Below, piece after piece: positions 53,091 through 64,000 of a DNA stretch of 64,000 bases (position 1 is the first letter of the stretch; the number at the start of each line of letters is the position of its first letter). The DNA lies in contig OZ024740.1 of NCBI GenBank assembly GCA_964016885.1, positions 224,750,001 to 224,814,000 of the forward strand. Reading direction: 5' to 3'. A model generated the notes under the pieces. It did no database searches. It was given only the letters and a program-made list of their open reading frames with translations, and was not told the origin of the DNA. The position numbers were made by a program, and so were the translations under genes. This stretch comes from Eledone cirrhosa. Lineage: Eukaryota.

Positions 53091-53286
53091 TCAACAGTCC
53101 GAACAAAGAAAACAATGTTTCCAATGGTCATTTCATTACTGATACTATCTGCCATTTGTAACTCCTGGCAGAGGGGTATTGTTAAATATAGTAGTTTTCT
53201 CACAAGTACAACACACTGACTATTCCAGAAACTGAAAACACAACCTAACAGTCATGAGTCCAACACCTCAAATATTAGGTCATGTG
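53091..53286 (-). mobile_element. Decayed SINE family 1
   Basis: Reverse complement similarity to 1520-1725 (AACAATGTTTCC, ATACTATCT). Confidence 0.6.
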
Positions 53287-53646
53287 ATTTTCTAGTCATT
53301 AAAAATAAATAAATAAAAAAACATTCCTTTTTTTTTTTTTTTTTTTTTTTTTTCTGGAGTCAAAGTATTTGTCACATCTACACACTCTGTGACCTAGTCA
53401 CTGACACAATTCCACTGAGGCTGAGGTATATTAGTGAAATGCCGACAGAAGGTGCAACAGAAATATTGACTCCATGAAATAATTGATGTCACTTACCAGG
53501 TTGTATAAGACGTTGAAAAAATAACACCATAAAATAAATGAAATAGGAACATAGCAGATTTTGAGAAAATAATGTCTGATTGAATTAGGGTGTTCAAGTT
53601 GACATGCACATGTAGATATAACTACCCAAATCTAAGAATTAATATG

Positions 53647-54001
53647 CTGTATATACTCGAATATGAACCAAGGAATATGTGATAAAAAACAGTGATGATA
53701 AAATAATAGTGTGGCTTATATTCAGTGTCAATATTTTGACGGTTTTCGTCTTTCTAAAGTCATTACGTATTGGATTTGTGAAACAAAACTATACTCTAAA
53801 TGACACTTAAAACATTTAAAATATCAAAATATTACGACTTCGTAGATACTTTTTCTACTTATGAGAATTTCAAAACAGTGCCATAATGTGTTGATTACCT
53901 GCCTCGGCTTATATATGGGGTTTAGATTTTTGTCCATTTCTCAAGCATAAATTAGTGGGGTCTGTTTGTATTCATGTTGGCTTATATTCAAGTATATATA
54001 G
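53647..54001. mobile_element. pogo/Tigger-type MITE
   Basis: TIRs CTGTATATACTCGAATATGAACC / GGCTTATATTCAAGTATATATAG, with TA on the right flank. Confidence 0.65.
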
Positions 54002-54489
54002 TAATTGGTATATGTGAACAAATGCATACCAAACAATATGTATGTGCATGTGTACAGAAGATATATCCCCTGATACAAGCTAGACACCCTATATAATCCA
54101 AATAATTCCATGCATTTGTGTACCAAACCGAATATTTCCATGTCACCACATTTCATACATATGTGTGTGTGTGTTTTATATATGCATTTATGAAATATAC
54201 AAATATATATGTGTCTGTATATACATGAGATTAAAAGGGAGAGCCGAATATCTTGCACACATTTGTGCATGTATGTTTACACTCCTAGATGGAAACAGTG
54301 AGTATGTGTGTGTGAGAGAGAGAGAGGAATAAGTGAGAATAGAGACTGGGTTTCTTCTAATATTAATCAGATACACATTTCATATGATACCTATGTATAT
54401 ATACACATATATACACACATATATATTTATGTATATACACATGTATATTTGTTTGATGCCCTAACATATATATTATACACATATATAAT

Positions 54490-54553
<64 letters not shown>

Positions 54554-55740
54554 AATGGCTATATCTATATATGTTTATATATCCCTGTGCATATATGTAT
54601 GTGTGCACGAAATGTGTTCATTTCAGTTCATATTAGTTCATGAGCAGTTATATGACTATGAGTGTGGATATAAGTATGTGTCAGAAAGATTTCATTTGTT
54701 TATATTAAATTATATATGTGGATATGTGTGAATAGGTGTTTGTGTGTGTGCATGTATGTTATTTCTAATGGAAATTCATAAAAGTTTATGAGCATTCATA
54801 TGACTGTGTGTGTTTGTACATGTGTCCGTGTGTGTTGATTAAAACAAAAAATCTTTATTTTTAAGTAAATATGGCTTCGAGAGCTACATAGAAAAATGTA
54901 ATCAATTAATTTGCCATTGTTCATACGGTCAATTAGATGGCATTATTGAGAACATTGCATGAGTGAAAGAAACAAAACCATCACCATGCACTAATCTACT
55001 TTACAATCACTTTGAGAAAGAGGAAGAAATTAAGTTGTCTTTGTTATTGTTGTGGGGTTTTTTTTATGTCATTATTTTAGGTATCGTTACTGCTCTGACA
55101 TTTCACTCTTGTTAGATTGCAGAGATGTTTAATTGGCTAACTTTGTTTTAAATCATCTGCTAATGTGACCAATGGAAATCTGATTGCGTTGAAAAATACA
55201 TATGTATATTCTACATATTTCCTTTCATCAAACAAAGAGATTAATTTTTGACGCTAAATCTACTCTAATCAGTATTGATTAAGCATCAAGATAAATTAGC
55301 ATCAGAATAACTGACTGGCTTTGTTAATTCTGGAAATACTGAAACAGTTATATGTACAGCTTTTAATGAGATAGATAGGTGAATAGAAAGACAGAGGGTT
55401 TCAAGATATTACCAAATATATGAATAATTTCAAAATGCTTCATTTACTTCAAAGATGCTTTTTACAAAAGATTCAATATCACAGTTTGTATTTCTCATCT
55501 TACTACTTTAGTAGTTTTGCCATAACTAGAGCCTACCTGTTCTTAGTTGCAATTTTGATTGCATCAAATTTCACTTTCAATATTTCCAACAAAATAAAGG
55601 TCTATCATTTAGGCAAAAGGCCAACAATTCGGATTGTGAGGAATGTTGATTATATTTGATCTAGTACTGAAGAACAGTTAAATTTAGAATTAGAAAAGAT
55701 AAATGTTTGTATTAAACAGGAAATATTTTATTATGTACGT

Positions 55741-56085
55741 GAAGGCACATGGCTTAGTGGTTAGAGCATTGGCCTTGCAATCGAAAGGTTGTGAGTTCAA
55801 TTCTCAGACCAGGTGATGTGTTGTTTCCTTGAGCAAGACACTTTATTTCACGTTGCTCCAGTTTACTCAGCTGTAGAAATGAGATTATAGGGACTGGGAT
55901 CCCTATCATTCCACTGTAAAGTGGTCGTGGAGGTGCCACGGCAAAAAAGCACCCAGCACTCACTGTAAATGAGGTTGGTGTTAGGAAGGGCATCCAGCTG
56001 TAGAAATGAAGCCAGAATCAGTTCCCGTCCCACCCTTGAAAGCAGGGAAAAGTGGACGTAAAATGAAATGATGATGATGAAATGA
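55741..56085 (+). mobile_element. Full-length tRNA-derived SINE family 3 with RTE-type tail
   Basis: A box TGGCTTAGTGG, B box GAGTTCAATTC, CCTTGAGCAAGACACTTTATTTCAC, then GGTGTTAGGAAGGGCATCCAGC..GGACGTAAAATGA(TGA)n. Confidence 0.9.
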
Positions 56086-56167
56086 TGTGAGTGTGTTGAT
56101 CTTCTCTCCCTTTCACTCATTGCCTCCAACTCACTCACTCTCCCCATCTCTCATTATTATATACAAA

Positions 56168-56358
56168 AGGGCGGTGGATTGGCAGTATCGGTAGAGGGTC
56201 GGACGCCATGCTTTCCAGCATAGTTACGTCCCTTTACGATCTGAGTTCCAATCCCGCCGAGGTTGACTTTGCCTTTCATCCTTATGGGGTCGATAAAATA
56301 AAGTACCAGTAATGCACTGGGTAATTGCTGGCCTTGTGCCTAAAGTAGAAACAATTAT
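56168..56358 (+). mobile_element. Full-length Nin/Deu-type SINE
   Basis: tRNA-like head GGCGGTGGATTGGCAGTATCGG..GAGTTCCAATCCCG, followed by the Nin motif CCTTTCATCCTTATGGGGTCGATAAAATAAAGTACCAG. Confidence 0.88.
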
Positions 56359-56914
56359 TATATACAAATGGGAGCCACCCATGCGCCAGCTACCCCACAG
56401 TCCCAGCAGACAGAATAGAGAAGGCAATTCCCCTAGAGGATGATGAGGGTGATACATTGGAAGAGCCATTCCAACGTGTGATGCTCACACCTGCATGTAG
56501 TCAACTCCATGCTGTTTTCTGGTACTTTACTTTATCTATTTCAGAAGGTTAAAAGGCAAAATTATTTGCAATGTGATTTGAACTCAGAATGAAATGACAA
56601 TAGTTGTATATTGCATGACATTTTGTCTGACACCCTAATCAGTTTGCCTCATCCTTAAGTGCTAATATTAAATACACTGATCAATATAATCAATTAGAAT
56701 ATTTCAAAATAAAAATGATGATGATGAGTGTAATTTTGAAGCACATTTTGTAAGTTTCTTTTTTGTACTTGAGTACGACTTCATTTTTATATAACAAAGT
56801 TTTATTTATATCCACATGTTTTTTTTTAAATAATTTATGTGTGAGTTTGTCTGAATGAATTTTAATGTAGTTATTTTTATTGGGTACATAAAGAAATAAT
56901 GTTGTTGTTGTTAG

Positions 56915-57130
56915 TTCAGTGAATTGATAGAACAGTTAAAAACTTCAGAAAATGTGACTTCTGCTGTTTCTCCCAGCTTTTAACATTCTGAGTTCAATTC
57001 CTGCTGCGGTTAACTTTGCCTTTCATCATTCCCGGATCAATTAACTAAAATGCCAGTCAATTGCTGAAGCTGGTTTAATTGTGTAATTTTTCCTTACTAA
57101 ATTGGTGGCCTTGTGCCTATGTTAGAAACC
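56915..57130 (+). mobile_element. Decayed Nin/Deu-type SINE
   Basis: TTCTGAGTTCAATTCC..TTTGCCTTTCATC..TGGCCTTGTGCCTA. Confidence 0.7.
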
Positions 57131-57313
57131 ACCCTCTCCTACACATCTTTACCTTATTACCTCTAACACATCTAGATTCTTAAGCTAACAATATACTATA
57201 AGCATGACATAAGTGATCTCCCTTCTCCTCTCAACTTCAAAATGGGATTGCTTTCCATGTTGTTGGTAAAATTCCAAACAAAAAAAGTAGCAAAATCATG
57301 TGGATTTGTTATT

Positions 57314-57513
57314 NNNNNNNNNNNNNNNNNNNNNNNNNNNNNNNNNNNNNNNNNNNNNNNNNNNNNNNNNNNNNNNNNNNNNNNNNNNNNNNNNNNNNNN
57401 NNNNNNNNNNNNNNNNNNNNNNNNNNNNNNNNNNNNNNNNNNNNNNNNNNNNNNNNNNNNNNNNNNNNNNNNNNNNNNNNNNNNNNNNNNNNNNNNNNNN
57501 NNNNNNNNNNNNN
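57314..57513. other. Assembly gap (200 N)
   Basis: Run of exactly 200 N, typical of a fixed-size scaffolding gap. Adjacency across it is unverified. Confidence 0.99.
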
Positions 57514-57756
57514 AAACAGGTTTGACTTTACTTTTCATCCCTGTATGTTCAATAACATAAGTATCAGTGAAATGGAGACTTTAAATTTACCTCAAATTTG
57601 CAAACACTGCGTCTACATTAGAAATCATCTTATTATTATTAATTTTATGATAGCTGTAAAGCTATACCAGTGACTTAGTTATTTATTTTTCCATTTAAAT
57701 AACCTCATGCAATCTATTTCTATTTTAATATTCATTTTAAATAAAAGATATTTTAG

Positions 57757-57968
57757 GGTGGTGTGTTGACAGAATCGGTAGAGCATCGGACAACATGCTT
57801 TGTGGCATAATGAAATAGCTCTTTATGTTCAAATCCTATCGAGTTTAGCTTTGTCTTTCATCTTTACAGCGTCGTTGAAATAAAGTACCAGTAATGCACT
57901 AGGGTCAATTTAATTGATTTCCTCTTCCCTACAAATTGCTGACCTTGAACTAAAATTAGAGACAATTA
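57757..57968 (+). mobile_element. Nin/Deu-type SINE
   Basis: Same head and Nin motif as 56168-56358. Confidence 0.75.
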
Positions 57969-58659
57969 TTGTTAAGGGACATGTGATGTGAAATTATATG
58001 AAGAGTGTATTGCATTTCTATGTAAACCGTGTAGTTCTATTTACATATTGCCCCAAATCTCTATGCTTATTATGAAACCTACATCATTTTCCTCATCCTC
58101 ATTATTATTAACTCTGGTGTTATTATGATTGCTGTATTTTACAGAAATTAATGTTCTGACTGTTTTTGATGTTGTTTGAATTTGTTGCTATCAATACTAG
58201 AAGATAAAGGAATAATTCTGTTTTAATCATCGATCAGGTGTGATATCAATATATTTTCATTTTTCCTTTCCGTTTCTAATAAAAACTAAAAAAGACAACA
58301 ACTAAGAGAGATTGCATATTTGTGAGGTCTTCAGGTACAAGGAATATGATGCAATTTTGTAACTACTTTTAAGAATATAGTTCCTGTACATTAATTATTG
58401 AGCATCGATGGTAATTTTCTCTGTAGCTTATGGGTGTTGATACATGCCAATAGGTAGGCAGCTATTGTAATAAAAATCATTGAATTTACAAAAGGAATAT
58501 TTTATAGAATATGGCTTTCATCCAATCTAAGAGTTTCTTTTAGTTATAATGTTTAAGGGGCTGGACAAATATTTCTACAGATTATGTGTGGAAATGCTTC
58601 CTTGCTAATTGACTGAAATATGCAAACTCTGTAATGCATCAGTTGGTTAGGAATATTAT

Positions 58660-58870
58660 TATTGGCATATTCCTTAGAACATTAGATAGAATGTTTTGTA
58701 GTAATAGTTTTGGCTCATTGGACTCTGAGTTCATATTCTGCCAAGGTTAGCTTCGCCTTTCATCCTGTCAGACTCAACAAAATAAAGTTCCAGTCAAAAA
58801 TTGGGATCAATGTAATATTGACTTTCCCCTCATATCAAAATGTCTGGTATTGTGCTTAAATTAGAAACCA
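58660..58870 (+). mobile_element. Decayed Nin/Deu-type SINE
   Basis: CTCTGAGTTCA..GCCTTTCATCC..AATAAAGTTCCAG. Confidence 0.7.
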
Positions 58871-58919
58871 CTATTATTAATATTATTTCTTAAGTTCTCT
58901 ATTGTTGTGACTATTTATT

Positions 58920-59358
58920 AACATTTTCATTACCATTTTACTCATGAAATACATTGTATTGAAATTAATCAATGAAGAATTTTAAGGAATTTACTAACAA
59001 TATTAATTTTTAGCATTATTACAGTAGAGCATCAAACACTATGCATTGAGTTATGCCCCTTTACGTTCTGAGTTCAGATCCTGCTAAGGTTAGCTTTGCA
59101 TTTCATACTTATGGGGTCGATAAAATAAAGCACCAGTAATGCACCGGGGTCGTTTTACTCAACTTTCCCCTTCCTTAAAATTGCTAGCCTTGTGACTAAA
59201 AGTAGAAACAATTATTACGATACTGTTTGTAACAATTTAACAAAATGTTTTATATCAAGCTATGTTGGAAGATTGTAATTTGAATAGGAACCCTTTAAAA
59301 TGAGTGGTTCTGTTTCATAGAATCAGAGACAGTTTTGTGGGGTTTGGTATCAAAGGTC
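58920..59358 (+). mobile_element. MITE (34066 family) interrupted by a Nin/Deu SINE at about 59020-59216
   Basis: MITE motifs flank a SINE with GGGGTCGATAAAATAAAGCACCAG. Confidence 0.6.
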
Positions 59359-59362
59359 TCGA

Positions 59363-59581
59363 CCCTTTAGCATTTAAACTGGCAATATCTGGCCAGAATT
59401 GTCTCACCTCTTTCTGTTCAAACCAGCTGTAACTGGCTGCTTATACTGACATTAAGGTATTGTTCTCAAAATAGATAATATCAAAATCTCATAGATTCAA
59501 TATTGTGTGATAATTATGCGAGATAAAGCCTTTACCATAAATATACAATAGTATATATAAAGTAATGTAAATGCTAAAGGG
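59363..59581. mobile_element. TTAA-type (piggyBac-like) MITE
   Basis: TIRs CCCTTTAGCATTT / AAATGCTAAAGGG, followed by TTAA on the right. Confidence 0.7.
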
Positions 59582-59897
59582 TTAATGTATCCTTATTGAT
59601 AAACCCACCATTTCACTCAATACAAATCTATCATTGTATCTTCTTTGGTGTTTTCTCATGTATTTCATTCTTAAATTGTCTTGGGTCCTTGTGACAAATA
59701 AAAAAAATGCCTTTGATACTTCTTACTTGCAATGCCTTGTATTCAGACATTCATTCTGCAATTATCCTAATTACATTGAATTTAATGAATTAAGAGTAGT
59801 TGTTATCAGGAAATGAATATATAGGTTCCATTTTCAACAATTCAACAGTAGTGAGGATAAAGATGATAATAAGCAATGTAATGATATTGATCTCTGT

Positions 59898-60400
59898 GAA
59901 GGCACATGGCTTAGTGCAGTTGTTCCTAAAGTGGGTTACACAAAGGAGCTTCTGGGGTTCTGTGAAAAAAGGTAGAGTAGTATACCATATAACATTGTTA
60001 GACTTTGGGGTGCCCCAAGACATTTCTGAATAAAAAAGTGTTTGAAAATGTTTGGGAAACTGTGTGGCTTAGTGGTTAGTGCATTGACCTCATAATTGTA
60101 AGATTGGGAGTTCCAATCCTAGACCAGGAGGTGTGTTATGTTCTTGAGCAAATCACTTTATTTCACTTTGCTGTAGTTCTCTCAGCTGTAGAAATGAGTT
60201 GCAACATCACTGGTGCCATGCTGTATGAGCCATTGCCTTTCCCTTGGACAATATCAATAGCATAGAGAGGGAAGACTGGTATGCATCAGAGACTTCTGGT
60301 CTTCTACAAATACACCTTGCCCAGGCTTGTACCATTGAGGGTAACTTTCTCGCTGCAAAAGCAATGTCATTTGTGACAAAAGGGGGCATACAACATGATC
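59898..60400 (+). mobile_element. tRNA-derived SINE whose A box is split by a hAT MITE
   Basis: Head GAAGGCACATGGCTTAGTG resumes at 60067. TCTTGAGCAAATCACTTTATTTCAC core present. Confidence 0.75.
59917..60066. mobile_element. hAT (Charlie/MER5-like) MITE with 8-bp TSD GCTTAGTG
   Basis: Starts CAGTTGTTCCTAAAGTG and ends GTTTGGGAAACTGTGTG. TSD at 59909-59916 and 60067-60074. Confidence 0.72.
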
Positions 60401-60559
60401 TCTAATATAAAAAGGCCTTAAATTTGTGAGAGGCATATGGTTCATTAGATCCAACTCAGTATTTAACTACTTCATATCAACCCTGGAAGGATAAAAGACA
60501 AAGTTGACAATGACAAGATGTGAATTCAGAACATAAAGAAGTCATTTCTAAGGAAAGAG

Positions 60560-60750
60560 TCTTCCCCATGTTTCATTGGCATTAAGCCAGTTTAATGCAG
60601 AGTTCACCCCCATTTACTGCTGGTACTCGTTTTTGTTCAGCTGAATGAACTGGAGCAAAATAAAAAAAAAAGTGCTTTACTCAAGGACACACTGATGCTC
60701 TATCCAAGAATTGAACTCATGACCTTACAATAAAGAGACCAATACCTTAG
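60560..60750 (-). mobile_element. Decayed Meta-type SINE
   Basis: GCTGAATGAACTGGAGCAA..CTCAAGGACACA..AATTGAACTCA. Confidence 0.55.
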
Positions 60751-61407
60751 TCAAAGAATACATACAATGTTGTCTCTGATTAAGACGAATTGATAGTGTA
60801 TTTGAATGCATATAAAAATGAGAGCACTCATTGGTAGAACAGCTGTTAAAACAGATAAATTAAGTCAAAGAAAGCGAAGGGTAAAAATGTATCAAGGAGG
60901 AGAGACCAGTGGCCAGTGGTCGACAAAGAGACTATTCGCAAGGTGGGTGGCAGATGAAATATAGAAAAGATTAAAAGAGGAAAAGGAAAGTGCGCTGGTG
61001 CAGAGAAGTCAGTGGAAGAAGGGAATAAAGAAAGGCAATGTACAAGACAAGTATACACATACATCTTCACACTTATCAAAGCTTGAGGTCCACTATCCTA
61101 TTATTTTCTTTGCTTTGTTTTCTTTCGTCCTTCTATTTGTGCTGTTTGTTTTATCACACACATATCATACCAGCAGAAAGATTTATTTTTCTGTTGCATG
61201 ATCCAACATTTTAAAATGGTGCACTCAATTAAATGATGCAAAACCATTTTGCTGCTTTTGAGAGCTGACGAGGGTGAAAATGTGTGTGTTAAGTTGTCTT
61301 GTGCATCACCTTTTTCTGTTTCCTTCTTTCAGTCATGTCTATGCACCAACACACTCCTCCTTGTCCTCCTCTTTCAATGTATATATATATACATATGCAT
61401 ACATACT

Positions 61408-61440
<33 letters not shown>

Positions 61441-61472
61441 AAACACATGTATAAATATATATATATATATAT

Positions 61473-61817
61473 ATCATCATCATCATCAATTCATTTTATG
61501 TCCGCTTTTTCCCTGCTTGCAAGGGTGGGACGGGAACTGATTCTGGCTTGATTTCTACAGCTGGATGCCCTTCCTACCACCAACCTCATTTACAGTGAGT
61601 GCTGGGTGCTTTTTTGCCATGGCACCTCCACGACCACTTTGCAGTGAAATGATATGGACCCCAGTCCCTATCATCTCATTTCTACAGCTGAGTAAACTGG
61701 AGCAATGTGAAATAAAGTATCTTGCTCAAGGAAACAACACATCACCTGGTCTGAGAATTGAACTCACAACCTTTCGATTGCAAGGCCAATTCTCTAACCA
61801 CTAAGCCATGTGCCTCC
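61473..61817 (-). mobile_element. Full-length SINE family 3
   Basis: Reverse complement of 55741-56085. Confidence 0.9.
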
Positions 61818-62984
61818 ATATGATATAAAAACATCATCTTTTATATATATATATACATAATATATATAAAATATGATGTTTTTATATCATAGATTATTGG
61901 TCATAACATAAAGGGGAGAATATACAACAGAGAAAACAATACTTATTTCAACTCATCGTAGAAATGCGTGAACTTCTAGTGCCATCTAAATTGTGGTAAA
62001 ACGGGATAATGGTTACATTTAACATGAACTTCTCAGCTAAATTGCTATACTCATACATATGTGCATGCAGAAGCACACTCATTTACATGCATGCATGCAT
62101 CCATTTTTTAAATATTGGTTTCCTTTGAACAGGCATACATAAGTGTGTATATTCTTAGAGAGAGCGGAAATGGAGTGTTTTGATGTTCACACCTTTCCTA
62201 AGAGAATAGTGGCATAAGTGATATTGAATGGCTTTTGCTGACAATCTGACAATATATAAATATATATATATATGATATGGGTGGGTGTGTGCGTATATGT
62301 ATATATAATATATAGGTGTGTGTGTGTATGTATATACAATATATATATGTGTGTATGTGTATGTATATATAATATATATATGTTTGTGTGTGTGTATACT
62401 GTCACAGATATGGTTGAATAGGATCTTAATTCTGGCTCTACACTCAGTGAGCACTATACAAAAGCTTAGAATAGTGAATTCCTGCTTATGCATAAGGTGA
62501 AATTAAAGCTTTTAGTACAGTAATATAATTTATTTTGCCAATCATGGGGGAATTAAATGTTTTCAAATAGATTTCACAGATATATTCAACATGTCATCTC
62601 CCACAGTGGCTTGCAGAGTCTAATATCAACAAGAAGATATTATAAGTAGTTGAACTGTAGTACAGGCCAAAAACTACAAATAACACTGAGCTATACATAT
62701 CGATATTGTATATTTGCTATATATTGCAATAGATGTTTATTATTCTGATAGGATTAACAAGGAAAAAAAACTCAATATCACTTGAACTTATCAATGACTG
62801 CCTTCCTTTCTTTTACTTGTGCAGACAGGAATATATCTGTGTGTTTGTATAAATACATAACACACACACACACACACATACATACACACACACATCATAT
62901 ATATATATATCATTAAACACAAAATAGTCCTAATTAGTACAATGGTTACAATTACATCAGCATACACACCTAGATCTAGGTGAA

Positions 62985-64000
62985 CTTAAAGATAGATTTT
63001 AGCGCAAGAAATGGAGAAGATTTCAGACTCCTAGAATTCTGTGATGACAATGTCCTATCGATAAGTAATACAGACTTTAAAAAAACCCAACAACCACCTG
63101 ATCACCTATACATCAGGTGAACAGATAGATGTTATCTTTACCAGGAGACGAGATAGGTTTACATTGGTAAACACAAAATCCTTCTCTAGTAAGGAATGCA
63201 TCTCCCAACATAATCTAGTAGTTAGCAACCTCATTGTCAGAGCTAGAGAAAGTTGGAAACAGAAGGCAAACTGGAGCAGAAGGATATGGACTTGAATGTG
63301 TCATCAGCCTATAACAAGTTAAGAGAGATTCTGCTTGATGCCTATGACAGTAAAGAAGAACAGATAGATACATTCAACATAGAAAAGCAATGGGAGTTCC
63401 TGAAAGATAATCTGCTGAAGGTGGTATGAAATTTGTGAATGAAGCAGGGCTACAGAAGAAGGAGAGTGACTTGGTGGTGGAACAATAAGATAGATGAGAC
63501 TAGAAGGCCAAAAGCCAGGTATGGAAAAAATTGAAGAATGGGTGAAGCAGGGTGCACGACATAGTGATCAGGAAGGAAGCTAGGCAACAAGTATACTCTG
63601 CAGTGAGCAAGGGAGAAGATAAAAAATTCAAGCATGTTTAGCAGAAACAGGAGTTCAGGTTTGCAGGTCAGTGTGTTAGAGAAAATTATGATGTCATTGT
63701 AGAGAAATGTTTTCATAATGATAAAGTCGCACTTGCCATCACAGAAGCAGAAAATAATGTAGCATGGAAGAGCCATTATGAAAAATTGCCGAATGAGAAG
63801 AATGCATGGGAGAAGAAGAGCCTACCTCAACCAGATCCCCAGAGGGCTCAGCCTTACAAGTCAGCAACATTGTAGTAAGGCAATTAAGGATATGAAGAAT
63901 GGGAAAGGAGCTGTTCCATCAGGGATTGTTGCTAAGATACTGAAAGCATCTGGGTCAGTAGATAACACCTTAACCATACGTAATTCTAAATGGTGTCATA
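62985..64000 (+). mobile_element. Decayed RTE LINE (APE C-terminus, linker, start of RT), runs off the window
   Basis: Translated relics DFCDDNVLSISNTDFKK, ECISQHNLVV, TWWWNNKI and IKDMKNGKGAVPSGIVAKILK. Confidence 0.75.

Noticed and set aside
57242-57673. ORFs containing X runs
   Set aside because: Artefact of the N gap.
61260-61300. CTGACGA..GAAA hammerhead-like words
   Set aside because: Only 4 nt between the core halves, with no stem II and no convincing stem I or III.

Overview
AT-rich, repeat-saturated eukaryotic (metazoan) DNA with no confidently identifiable host gene. The mix of huge (TA)n/(CA)n tracts, tRNA-derived Nin/Deu-type and Meta/V-type SINEs and RTE LINEs with (GAT)n tails resembles an octopod cephalopod intergenic or intronic region (inference, not verified). 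Almost all meaningful ORF-track entries are decayed transposon proteins: RTE LINEs of at least four families, CR1, Tx1/L1-like, R4/Dong-like RLE elements, Penelope-like GIY-YIG elements and a Helitron PIF1 helicase. The rest are microsatellite read-throughs. The strongest signal not shown by the ORF track is a set of type I hammerhead ribozyme motifs. Two are intact (397-508 +, 44129-44199 -), three are single-lesion relics (2892-3023 -, 5163-5221 +, 8223-8341 +) and three are half-motifs (1-38, 1030-1075, 1115-1162). Most sit at 3' ends of Penelope-like elements, and several have unusually long stem II inserts. Other notable structures are a 5'-inverted RTE insertion, a chimeric two-family RTE, a SINE sharing an RTE 3' tail, and repeated fold-back inverted duplications anchored on TA tracts. 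There is a 200-N scaffold gap at 57314-57513. All translations and pairings were done by eye, and element boundaries are approximate unless stated.
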